A stretch of DNA of 64,000 bases from Escherichia coli (GTDB taxonomy: Bacteria > Pseudomonadota > Gammaproteobacteria > Enterobacterales > Enterobacteriaceae). The translations under genes and the position numbers were made by a program. Shown here in pieces: positions 9,092 to 17,380 of this stretch (position 1 is its first letter; every line of letters starts with the position of its first letter). The stretch lies in the NCBI RefSeq assembly GCF_003018255.1, contig NZ_CP027440.1; one strand, written 5' to 3'. The notes beneath the pieces are model-generated. The model was not told where the DNA came from. It searched no databases and saw nothing but the letters and a program-made list of their open reading frames with translations.

Positions 9092-10060
9092 ATGGAGAAT
9101 GTTCGGTTCTTGCAAGGAGTGAAACAATATTTTTGTACTAAGGCATTAGATGTCATTCTGCTAATTTATCTACTCCTTGGTTTTATACTTCTCCCTTATA
9201 AATATCTGTGGAAAGATATTATTTTATCTCTGTACTTTGTTGGTATTCTTCTTTATGCATTAGTGGAAGAAAATCGCATTGCAGAATATATGGGGTATTT
9301 TGTTAAGTTCAGTAATAAAAACAGGTTGAATAGTTGTGCTGCCTGGTGTTCACTTATTGCATGGTTTATATTTTTGTTTTTTGTGCTTTCAATTAATATT
9401 TTTCCAGTCAGTGCCTCTGTATATATTTTTAGTGCTTTTTCATTATTTGTTTTTCTGGGGGGTATTTTTATTATATTAGAGTTAGAGTTTAAAGAAAATA
9501 AAAAATTAATGATTATTAGGTCTGTGACTATAGCAGTCATGCCAATTATATATTTATTCACAAGTAGTTATGCTTCCAGTTTATTTTTAAGTTTGAGTAA
9601 TCTAAACATTACGCTAACTCCATGGGTTGAGTATTTCTGGAAAGGGATGGTTTTTATGTTGCTTTTCTTCATGTTAATGCAACTTATTATCTATTTTGCT
9701 TTTTTAACTCTGGGGACTAAATTAAGTGTGTATAGGTTGTTTATACTTGCCGGAGCATTTGTAGTATCTACTTTTTTAGTGGCTTTTGCTTTAAAAAATG
9801 TAGAAGGTATTTCGTACTACGTTTTAAAAAGCACCATAGATTTTGAATGGCGTAATCAGATTAAATGTGGCCAGTTGAATATTTCACGTTCGAATGAAAA
9901 GTATTTTGGGTTTAATACTGATAAATATACTGTATTTTATTCCGGCAGAGATGGTAAATGGGGCTTTGATGAGTTGAAATGTAAGAAAGGTTCTGACAGG
10001 AGAGATGCATATTCTATTGAGAATGTCTCAGAATATAACGTGCCTGGATGGCTGAAATAA
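9092..10060 (+). CDS. Orphan AT-rich polytopic membrane protein (about 7 TM) with a roughly 75-aa soluble C-terminal domain, function unknown
   Basis: ORF with AAGGA 5 nt upstream of ATG 9092; the track start at 9059 is TTG. It has seven hydrophobic stretches, then ...DFEWRNQIKCGQLNISRSNEKYFGFNTDKYTVFYSGRDGKWGFDELKCKKG... . Sampled lines are about 28-30% GC against about 50% in the flanks. It occupies the K-12 mrr position (memory). Confidence 0.7.
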   Translation: MENVRFLQGVKQYFCTKALDVILLIYLLLGFILLPYKYLWKDIILSLYFVGILLYALVEENRIAEYMGYFVKFSNKNRLNSCAAWCSLIAWFIFLFFVLSINIFPVSASVYIFSAFSLFVFLGGIFIILELEFKENKKLMIIRSVTIAVMPIIYLFTSSYASSLFLSLSNLNITLTPWVEYFWKGMVFMLLFFMLMQLIIYFAFLTLGTKLSVYRLFILAGAFVVSTFLVAFALKNVEGISYYVLKSTIDFEWRNQIKCGQLNISRSNEKYFGFNTDKYTVFYSGRDGKWGFDELKCKKGSDRRDAYSIENVSEYNVPGWLK

Positions 10061-10166
10061 GTCATCTTTATAAATTATATAGTAAAGGTTCTGGTCATAA
10101 ACGAGCATAGTTAAACATAAACGGGGCATACTCCACACACTTGATGTGCAGCAAGAAGTTGAACTC

Positions 10167-10292
10167 ATGGCTTTGGTTAATAAATCTGACGAAGATATTG
10201 ATTACAGCGACATTCCTGCGTCTGGTAGCGAAGCATGGGCTGACGCCACACGCGGCAATTTTTTGCCAGATCCAGGTATTCACGCGCAATAA
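10167..10292 (+). pseudogene. Truncated BrnA/DUF4415-like antitoxin fragment (41 codons)
   Basis: Hand translation gives MALVNKSDEDIDYSDIPASGSEAWADATRGNFLPDPGIHAQ followed by a stop. The motif DEDIDYSDIP...W..A.RG.F is as I remember DUF4415. There is no RHH C-terminus and no adjacent BrnT. Confidence 0.35.
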
Positions 10293-10293
10293 A

Positions 10294-10339
10294 ACTTAGC
10301 GGAGGGGAGCACGTCGTTCTGTTTCCCCCTCACTGCTAA
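10294..10339 (-). terminator. Probable yjiA terminator
   Basis: Imperfect inverted repeat CTTAGCGGAGGGG ... CCCCTCACTGCTAAG. On the minus strand it is followed by TTTTATT and lies just downstream of the yjiA stop. Confidence 0.5.
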
Positions 10340-10377
10340 GTGGGGCATTGGGTTGCTTTACACTCAACCTTTTACGA

Positions 10378-11334
10378 TTATTTCCTCAACCCCGCAAACG
10401 CCGCCCGAATCTTATCCTCCGGCAGCTGAATCCCGATAAACACCATTGTGCTATGCGGTGTTTCATCGCCCCACGGGCGGTCCCAGTCGGCGCTGTAGAG
10501 GCGTTGGACGCCCTGGAACAGCAGGCGGCTAGGTTCGCCGTCAATCCACAGCATCCCTTTGTAACGCAGTAGTTTATCCGCCGATTCCAGCAGCAGGTTT
10601 TCCATCACGCGGGAAACTTCGCTGATATCTACCGGGTAATCCAGTTCCACCACAATCGACGAAATATCGTTTTGTTTATCCGCGATAAAGTGGAAACGCG
10701 GTTTGGTGCTGACGACGTTTTCTTCCAGCATAAAACCGTTGGTGTTGAACAACAGGCCCAGGTCGATGTCACCGTGGGTGACGGTGTAGACCGGTGCGCG
10801 GGCGTTGATGCGCGCCAGGCGTTCACGCAGTTTCTCTACTTCGCCTGCGACGTCGGTTTTAGTCAGCAGAATACGGTCAGCGTAGCCCACCTGGGACTGG
10901 GCGATGGTGAACTGGTTCATCTGCTCATCGGCATGTACCGCATCCACCAGCGCAATCACGCCATCCAGCAGGTAACGCTGGCATAAAATCTCATGGGAGA
11001 AAAAGGTCTGAATAATCGGGCCGGGATCGGCCATGCCGGTGCATTCAATGACCAGACGGTCGAACTGAATATTGCCCTTGTCGAGATTGTCCAGCAGGTC
11101 GAGTAGCGCGTCCTCCAGCTCGTTGGAGCGCGAACAGCAGATGCAGCCGTTGGTCAGCGTTTTGATCTGCGTGGCGCGGTCGCCAATCAGTTGATCATCA
11201 ACGGAGACTTCGCCGAATTCGTTTTCAATCACGGCAATTTTGTAGCCGTGCTGTTCATTAAGAATATGGCGCAGCAGGGTGGTTTTGCCCGCGCCTAAAA
11301 AACCGGTGAGTAGGGTAACTGCAATCGGGTTCAT
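10378..11334 (-). CDS. yjiA: CobW/G3E-family metal-binding GTPase
   Basis: MNPIAVTLLTGFLGAGKTTLLRHIL (P-loop) and the CxCC motif GCICCS. 318 aa from ATG 11334, matching K-12 YjiA. Confidence 0.93.
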   Translation of the reverse strand: MNPIAVTLLTGFLGAGKTTLLRHILNEQHGYKIAVIENEFGEVSVDDQLIGDRATQIKTLTNGCICCSRSNELEDALLDLLDNLDKGNIQFDRLVIECTGMADPGPIIQTFFSHEILCQRYLLDGVIALVDAVHADEQMNQFTIAQSQVGYADRILLTKTDVAGEVEKLRERLARINARAPVYTVTHGDIDLGLLFNTNGFMLEENVVSTKPRFHFIADKQNDISSIVVELDYPVDISEVSRVMENLLLESADKLLRYKGMLWIDGEPSRLLFQGVQRLYSADWDRPWGDETPHSTMVFIGIQLPEDKIRAAFAGLRK

Positions 11335-11344
11335 GCTCTCTCCA

Positions 11345-11548
11345 TTAACAACAGCGCATACCGCCTTTACCATCGCCGCCGTAGCGCGCGTTCTGGCGTT
11401 CGCGGAAGAATTCTTCATAGCTCATGTACGGCTTGTCGGGATGGTTGGTCTTCATATGCTCGACGTAGTTGTCGTAGTCTGGAATGCCAATCAACATCTT
11501 CGCCGCCTGGCCGAGATATTTTTTTGCCTGTCCTAAGTTACCAAACAT
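11345..11548 (-). CDS. yjiX: DUF466 small protein, CstA-family partner
   Basis: The 67 aa product [58 protein letters not shown]... matches K-12 YjiX. Confidence 0.92.
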
Positions 11549-11597
11549 AGTTCACTCTGATAAGAACAAAGCCCCGCCGAAGCGGGGCTAAACACGG

Positions 11598-13748
11598 TTA
11601 GTGGTGCGAAGAGATCTTCACGCCGCCTTCCGGGATTGGAACGTACGGAGTTTCTTTGTCAGTACGTTTGTCGCTGTTACGCACCGCAAGCCAGGTTTTG
11701 AAACCGTAGAAGATGATGCTGTACACCACAATCAGGAACAGAATACTCAGACCCGCGTTAGTGTAGTTGTTCACAACGATGTGGTTCATGTTGGCAATCT
11801 GCTGTGCCGTCAGGTCAGTACCGTTAGCAATCTTCTCTTTGTACTGGCTTGCCATGTAGAAGAAGCCTTCCATCTGCGGGTTGGTGCTGAACAGTTTCAG
11901 GCCCAGCGCCCAGGTGGTGCAGATAAGCAGCCATACAGCCGGAACAACAGTTACCCAGATGTATTGGGTGCGCTTCATCTTAATCAGCACAACGGTGCCC
12001 AGTACCAGTGCTACGGCTGCCAGCATCTGGTTGGAAATACCGAACAGCGGCCACAGGCTCTTAACGCCGCCCAGCGGATCGACCACGCCCTGATACAGCA
12101 GGTAGCCCCACAGACCCACACAGCCCGCAGTACCGATGATACCAGCAACCAGAGAGTCGGTTTTTTTCAGGAACGGGATGAAGTTACCCAGCAGGTCTTG
12201 CAGCATAAAGCGGCCAGAACGGGTACCCGCATCCAGCGCGGTCAGGATGAACAGGGCTTCGAACAGAATACCGAAGTGATACCAGAAGCCCATGTCAGCC
12301 ATCGGCAGCACTTTGTGGAACACGTGCGCGATACCTACCGCCAGCGTCGGCGCACCACCTGCACGGTTCAGGACAGAAGGTTCACCAATGTCTTTCGCGG
12401 TTTGCAGGATCTGCTCTGGCGAAATCACGAAGCCCCAGGAGCTGACGGTCGCCGCCGCGTGTGCGGTAACGTCTTTCAACTGCGCCATGATGATCGGCGC
12501 GTTCTCGCCACCCATTTCATGCAGGTTAGGCATGGTGATGCCAAGGCCAGCAGGCGGGGTGTTCATCGCGAAGTAAAGACCCGGTTCGATGATGGACGCA
12601 GCAACCAGCGCCATAATCGCCACGAAGGACTCCATCAGCATTGCGCCGTAGCCAATGAAACGCGCGTCGGTTTCGTTAGCCAGCAGTTTCGGCGTCGTAC
12701 CGGAAGAGATCAGCGCGTGGAAGCCAGATACCGCACCACAGGCGATGGTGATGAACAGGAACGGGAACAGAGCGCCTTTCCACAGCGGGCCAGTACCGTC
12801 AATGTACTGGGTCATCGCAGGCATTTTCAGTTCCGGGTTCAGCACCACGATACCCAGCGCCAGGCCGACGATAACGCCGATTTTCAGGAAGGTTGCCAGA
12901 TAGTCGCGTGGTGCGAGGATCAGCCACACCGGCAGCAGCGCGGAAACAAACGCATAGCCAATCAGCGCGAAGGTAATGGTGGTGTCTTTAAAGGTCAGTG
13001 CCGGACCCCAGTACGGATCGTGAGCAATCACGCCACCGAAGTAGATAGAGGCAACCAGCAGCACGATACCAATGACAGAGACTTCACCCACACGCCCCGG
13101 ACGAATAAAGCGCATGTAGATACCCATAAACAGCGCAATCGGTACGGTTGAGCAAACGGTGAAGACACCCCACGGACTTTCGGCCAGGGCTTTAACCACA
13201 ATCAGCGCCAGGACGGCGAGGATGATGATCATGATTAAGAAACAGCCAAACAGCGCGATAGTCCCCGGTACTGGCCCCATCTCTTCTTTGATCATCTCAC
13301 CAAGAGATGCGCCATTACGGCGAGAGGAGATAAACAGCACCATAAAGTCCTGAACCGCACCGGCCAGCACGACCCCCGCCAGCAGCCACAGCGTGCCAGG
13401 CAGGTAGCCCATCTGCGCGGCGAGAACCGGACCCACCAGCGGACCTGCACCGGCGATAGCGGCGAAGTGGTGACCAAACAACACGTAACGGTTGGTCGGA
13501 ACGTAGTTCAGACCGTCGTTGTTAATAACCGCAGGCGTCGCGCGCGTGGGGTCGAGTTTCATCACCTTCTGGGCGATGTACAGACTGTAGTAGCGATAAG
13601 CCACCAGATACACCGACACAGAGGCGACCACGATCCACAGGGCGCTGACGTGCTCCCCCCGACGTAATGCAACTACCGCGAGGCAGAATGCACCGATGAT
13701 TCCGAGAATCACCCAGGGTATGTGCTTGAATATCTTTTTAGTATCCAT
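11598..13748 (-). CDS. btsT: CstA-family pyruvate/H+ symporter
   Basis: 716 aa polytopic protein starting MDTKKIFKHIPWVILG, matching K-12 YjiY/BtsT. Confidence 0.93.
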   Translation of the reverse strand: MDTKKIFKHIPWVILGIIGAFCLAVVALRRGEHVSALWIVVASVSVYLVAYRYYSLYIAQKVMKLDPTRATPAVINNDGLNYVPTNRYVLFGHHFAAIAGAGPLVGPVLAAQMGYLPGTLWLLAGVVLAGAVQDFMVLFISSRRNGASLGEMIKEEMGPVPGTIALFGCFLIMIIILAVLALIVVKALAESPWGVFTVCSTVPIALFMGIYMRFIRPGRVGEVSVIGIVLLVASIYFGGVIAHDPYWGPALTFKDTTITFALIGYAFVSALLPVWLILAPRDYLATFLKIGVIVGLALGIVVLNPELKMPAMTQYIDGTGPLWKGALFPFLFITIACGAVSGFHALISSGTTPKLLANETDARFIGYGAMLMESFVAIMALVAASIIEPGLYFAMNTPPAGLGITMPNLHEMGGENAPIIMAQLKDVTAHAAATVSSWGFVISPEQILQTAKDIGEPSVLNRAGGAPTLAVGIAHVFHKVLPMADMGFWYHFGILFEALFILTALDAGTRSGRFMLQDLLGNFIPFLKKTDSLVAGIIGTAGCVGLWGYLLYQGVVDPLGGVKSLWPLFGISNQMLAAVALVLGTVVLIKMKRTQYIWVTVVPAVWLLICTTWALGLKLFSTNPQMEGFFYMASQYKEKIANGTDLTAQQIANMNHIVVNNYTNAGLSILFLIVVYSIIFYGFKTWLAVRNSDKRTDKETPYVPIPEGGVKISSHH

Positions 13749-13904
13749 AGTAAAACCTGGCATGTATTGATTAATAGTTGGCCGAAGCCGTTCTAGGTTT
13801 GCGTTGCGTTTGAGGAGGTAAATTGACCGCTATCCTGCAGTGATGTTGCCAGAGTTACGCGCGCGTAAAGTAAGGTAAATAACTGAGTGGTTATTTTAGG
13901 GACG

Positions 13905-13932
13905 TAAGCGGTCAGGAATGGCGGTGAGCGGT
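13905..13932 (-). promoter_or_regulatory. Candidate BtsR (YehT, LytTR) binding direct repeat upstream of btsT
   Basis: The minus strand reads ACCGCTCA-N12-ACCGCTTA, which resembles the ACC[G/T]CT[C/T]A direct repeat reported for the yjiY promoter (memory; I recall a 13-bp spacer). Confidence 0.5.
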
Positions 13933-13960
13933 TGGGCAAGAATTATTCGTCGGGTGGATA

Positions 13961-13976
13961 TGTGATTGAGATCACA
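13961..13976. promoter_or_regulatory. Consensus CRP site upstream of btsT
   Basis: TGTGAttgagaTCACA has perfect half-sites. btsT (yjiY) is reported to be cAMP-CRP dependent. Confidence 0.6.
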
Positions 13977-14011
13977 ATAAAAATGCCCCTTCGATAATTA
14001 ACCGAAGGGGC
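13977..14011 (-). terminator. Rho-independent terminator of the PLP-enzyme gene
   Basis: GCCCCTTCG (13985-13993) pairs with CGAAGGGGC (14003-14011). On the minus strand it is followed by ATTTTT. Confidence 0.75.
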
Positions 14012-14015
14012 GTTC

Positions 14016-15236
14016 TTAGAAGAGAGTGTCTAATTCTGCCAGTACGTTGTAGTCGTCATCAGTCAATAACAACGTTTTCCATTTGTCGAAGGTCAGGCAC
14101 GGATGCGATGTGCCAAACACCAGAATATCCCCCACTTGCACGTCGCTATTAGCTGACAGTTGCAACATGCAGTGCTGATCCATAATACCTGTACTGCGAA
14201 TCGCCTGTGGATCAAATGCCAGTGATTTGCCGTTGCGGTAGTGGGCGACTGGTTGCGGCAGTCCGGCGTCGAAGGCGCAATCACGCTTACCAAAATTTAC
14301 CACCGCACGATCAGCTTCCGGCACCGATTGCACCATGGCGACCAGTTCCAGCGCAGATGTGAGATCGCCTGCCAGATCGCAGGCCACAGGATCACGGGCA
14401 AGCAACTGTTGTTGTGCCGCGTCGTAGATCCCGGTGTCGTGAGTGATGTAGCAGCCAGGGCGAATAACAATGCGGCAGTTATCAGGCTTTTCTGCCGCCA
14501 GCCAGATATTGCACACCACGTCATACCAGACCGTGCCTGCTCCGGTGAGAATAAACTCGCCATCAACCAGACTTGCCATATCACAGGCCAGTTGTGCGGC
14601 ATCCCGCAGCAGAGCTTCTACCTGCGGTTGTGGATCGTCACCGTGTAAAACGCCTTCATATAACTCAAGCCCCCGCAGGCGTAACCCCGGTAATTGGGCT
14701 GCCTGTTTAGCCAGTGTCAGTGCGGCATCCCTTGAGCGGCAACCACAGCGCCCGCCGGGGACACCCAACTCAATCATCACGTTCAGTGTCTGTTGCTGAC
14801 TGGCAAAAAAGGCAGACAAAGCGCGGGCGTTCTCAATGCTGTCGATACAGCAGATAAAATCGACCGTCGGGTAATGTCGTTGCAACTGGGCAATCAACTG
14901 CATATTCGCCTTGCCGACCAGCTGGTTAACCATCAGCACTCGCTGAATACCGCTCGCCATTGCCGCACCAGCCTGCCATGCGCTACCGACACCTATTGCC
15001 CAGGCGCCTGCCGCCTGCTGCGCCTGAAAAATCCACGGCGTCATGGTGGTTTTACCGTGCGGTGCCAGCGAAACGCCGCGCGCGTCAGCATAACGCTGCA
15101 TCCACGTAATGTTGTTCTCCAGGGCCTGCTTTTTAATGATCGCGGCAGGTAAACAGACATCTTCGGCAAGGAGATTTGCGGGCATTTGCATCAGGGCAGA
15201 TTTATGGGGAACCAGAGGTTCTGAGTGGTATTTCAT
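14016..15236 (-). CDS. PLP-dependent D-serine/D-threonine dehydratase or aldolase-like enzyme (alanine-racemase-N fold, DSD1 family)
   Basis: 406 aa. It has a PHGKT lysine motif (SLAPHGKTTM) and a C-terminal HPC motif (GTSHPCLTFDKW), as in the D-Ser dehydratase-like family. I remember it as absent from K-12 at this locus. Confidence 0.75.
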   Translation of the reverse strand: MKYHSEPLVPHKSALMQMPANLLAEDVCLPAAIIKKQALENNITWMQRYADARGVSLAPHGKTTMTPWIFQAQQAAGAWAIGVGSAWQAGAAMASGIQRVLMVNQLVGKANMQLIAQLQRHYPTVDFICCIDSIENARALSAFFASQQQTLNVMIELGVPGGRCGCRSRDAALTLAKQAAQLPGLRLRGLELYEGVLHGDDPQPQVEALLRDAAQLACDMASLVDGEFILTGAGTVWYDVVCNIWLAAEKPDNCRIVIRPGCYITHDTGIYDAAQQQLLARDPVACDLAGDLTSALELVAMVQSVPEADRAVVNFGKRDCAFDAGLPQPVAHYRNGKSLAFDPQAIRSTGIMDQHCMLQLSANSDVQVGDILVFGTSHPCLTFDKWKTLLLTDDDYNVLAELDTLF

Positions 15237-15436
15237 AACATTTACCTTTTAAGTTTTTCACCGTATCGGATGTGAGTATCACTTGTAACTAAATGAAATA
15301 TAAATATTTAGTTTATTTATCTTATTATTTATGAATAAAAGTATCATAAAATCATCTGGGTTTTGCGTAGTTTTCCACTGTTTTTCGTCCTTGTAAATGG
15401 TTAACTTGTCACCATTGCAGAAATGGAGTGACGAAC

Positions 15437-16879
15437 ATGCAGGTTGACTGGTTAATCAAAAATGTGACCGTTATCGACGGTAGCGGCGGCCCTGAATTTC
15501 GCGGTGACGTGGCAATAACAGGTGATCGGATTGTCGATATTGCCCCTGCGCTTAACGTTACGGCGCAGCAGGTCATTGACGGGGAAGGGCGGGTGCTGGC
15601 ACCCGGGTTTATCGACGTTCATACCCATGACGATATCAACGTTATTCGCATCCCGGAATATCTGCCAAAGATCAGCCAGGGGATCACTACGGTGATTGTC
15701 GGTAACTGCGGGATTAGTGCGGCGTCGGCGAAAATGAAAGGTGAAGTTCCTGACCCGATGAATCTGTTGGGGGAAGCAGAGCACTTTATTTATCCTACCG
15801 TTGAAAGCTATGCCCAGGCAGTGGAAGCAGCCAGGCCGTCACTGAACGTTGGCACGCTGATTGGTCATACGGCGCTGCGTAATAACCATATGGACGACCT
15901 GTTTCGCCCGGCGACGGTGGATGAAATTGCCGCTATGCGTGCCGACTTACGTCTGGCGTTGAGTCAGGGGGCGCTGGGGTTAAGTTCCGGGCTGGCCTAT
16001 GCAACGGCATTTCAGGCGACTACCGAAGAAGTCATGGCGCTGGCGGAAGAATTAGCCGGTGAGAAGGGCGTTTATACCACCCATCTGCGTTCTGAATTTG
16101 AACCGATTCTCGATGCCCTGGATGAGGCGTTTCGTATTGGGCGTCATGGCAAAGTGCCTGTCGTGGTTTCCCACCATAAATGTGCCGGGGCGAAAAACTG
16201 GGGGCGGACAAAAGAAACGTTGGCCTTTTTTGACCAAATGCGTCAACACCAGGAAATTGGCTGCGATGTCTACCCTTACTCAGCCAGCTCTTCAACGCTG
16301 GATCTCAAACAAGTCACCGACGAATTCGATATTGTGATCACCTGGTCACAAACACATCCGCAGCAGGCCGGGAAAACACTGGCGCAAATCGCCATCGACT
16401 GGCAGATGAGTATGCTGGAGGCCGCGAAGCTGCTAATGCCTGCCGGGGCTATCTATTACAACATGGACGAGCGCGACGTCCGCCGAGTGTTGAGTTATCC
16501 GGTCAGTATGATTGGCTCTGACGGCCTGCCCAATGATCCCATGCCGCATCCACGTTTATGGGGCGCCTTCCCTCGCGTGCTGGGCCACTATTGCCGTGAT
16601 GAAGGCTTATTCCCACTGACCACGGCTATCCACAAAATGACCGGGCTTTCTGCCAGCCGTTTTCGCCTGCCCCAGCGTGGACTGGTGAAAGTCGGTTATT
16701 TTGCGGACCTGGTGTTGTTCGATCCACAAACCATTCGTGATGTTGCCAGCTTTTCTGATCCCAAACGCCCGGCAGATGGCATTGAGGCGGTGATGGTGAA
16801 CGGCGTTATGAGCTATGGTCCCGATAAACATATTACAGGCCGTGCGGGACGCTTCCTGCGCCGGCAGACCTCACATTAA
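15437..16879 (+). CDS. N-acyl-D-amino-acid deacylase (D-aminoacylase), amidohydrolase superfamily
   Basis: WLIKNVTVIDGSG ... PGFIDVHTHDD (HxH metal site). GGAG lies 8 nt upstream of ATG 15437; the track start at 15428 is GTG. Confidence 0.8.
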   Translation: MQVDWLIKNVTVIDGSGGPEFRGDVAITGDRIVDIAPALNVTAQQVIDGEGRVLAPGFIDVHTHDDINVIRIPEYLPKISQGITTVIVGNCGISAASAKMKGEVPDPMNLLGEAEHFIYPTVESYAQAVEAARPSLNVGTLIGHTALRNNHMDDLFRPATVDEIAAMRADLRLALSQGALGLSSGLAYATAFQATTEEVMALAEELAGEKGVYTTHLRSEFEPILDALDEAFRIGRHGKVPVVVSHHKCAGAKNWGRTKETLAFFDQMRQHQEIGCDVYPYSASSSTLDLKQVTDEFDIVITWSQTHPQQAGKTLAQIAIDWQMSMLEAAKLLMPAGAIYYNMDERDVRRVLSYPVSMIGSDGLPNDPMPHPRLWGAFPRVLGHYCRDEGLFPLTTAIHKMTGLSASRFRLPQRGLVKVGYFADLVLFDPQTIRDVASFSDPKRPADGIEAVMVNGVMSYGPDKHITGRAGRFLRRQTSH

Positions 16880-16888
16880 GGAGTGAAT

Positions 16889-17278
16889 ATGAGCATTAAA
16901 CGTTACGGTACGGAAGGTGGAACAGGCACTGGCGGGCAGCATTTGCCTTTTGCCAGGGCGGTTGAGGCGGGCGGCTGGCTGTACGTCTCCGGGCAAACAC
17001 CCATGAAAAACGGTGAAGTGGTAGAAGGCGGAATCGTTGAACAGTCACGACTGGCGATCCAAAACTGTGTCGACATCATGACTGAAGCCGGTTATAGCCT
17101 GGCGGATGTGGTTCACGTGAAAGTGATCCTGACCGACGCCCGCTATTTCCAGTCATTTAATAAAGTATTCAGAGAATTTTTTGGCGAGAATCCGCCTGCA
17201 CGTATTTGTTGTGTGGCTGATCTGGTTGTCGATTGTAAAGTCGAAGTCGATGTGACCTGTTATAACGCGACCCGCTAA
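16889..17278 (+). CDS. RidA/YjgF-family enamine/imine deaminase
   Basis: 129 aa. AAGGAG lies 5 nt upstream of ATG 16889. The YjgF-like core is GWLYVSGQTP ... ARICCVADLVVDCKVEVDV. Confidence 0.8.
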   Translation: MSIKRYGTEGGTGTGGQHLPFARAVEAGGWLYVSGQTPMKNGEVVEGGIVEQSRLAIQNCVDIMTEAGYSLADVVHVKVILTDARYFQSFNKVFREFFGENPPARICCVADLVVDCKVEVDVTCYNATR

Positions 17279-17380
17279 TAAATTTAAGAATTAAAAAAAC
17301 AGACCGCAATTGAGTGCTGAATACATTCAGCACTCCGGGAACTCTTACATTAATTTCTCTCTACTGGCAGGATGTGAATT

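Noticed and set aside
10095-10289. 64-aa minus-strand ORF in the membrane-gene/yjiA gap
   Set aside because: The opposite strand encodes the DUF4415-like peptide, which has a recognisable motif. This ORF has none.
11601-13151. 516-aa ORF on the plus strand, the longest unexplained ORF in the track
   Set aside because: It lies entirely antisense to btsT. The translation is low-complexity, R/H/Q/G-rich text with no motifs and no Shine-Dalgarno. This is the typical shadow ORF of a GC3-rich gene.
15287-15313. Inverted repeat AACTAAAT-N11-ATTTAGTT in the divergent promoter of the D-amino-acid island, considered as an RpiR operator
   Set aside because: An 8-bp arm in almost pure A/T sequence is likely to occur by chance. 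I kept it only as a note, not a feature.
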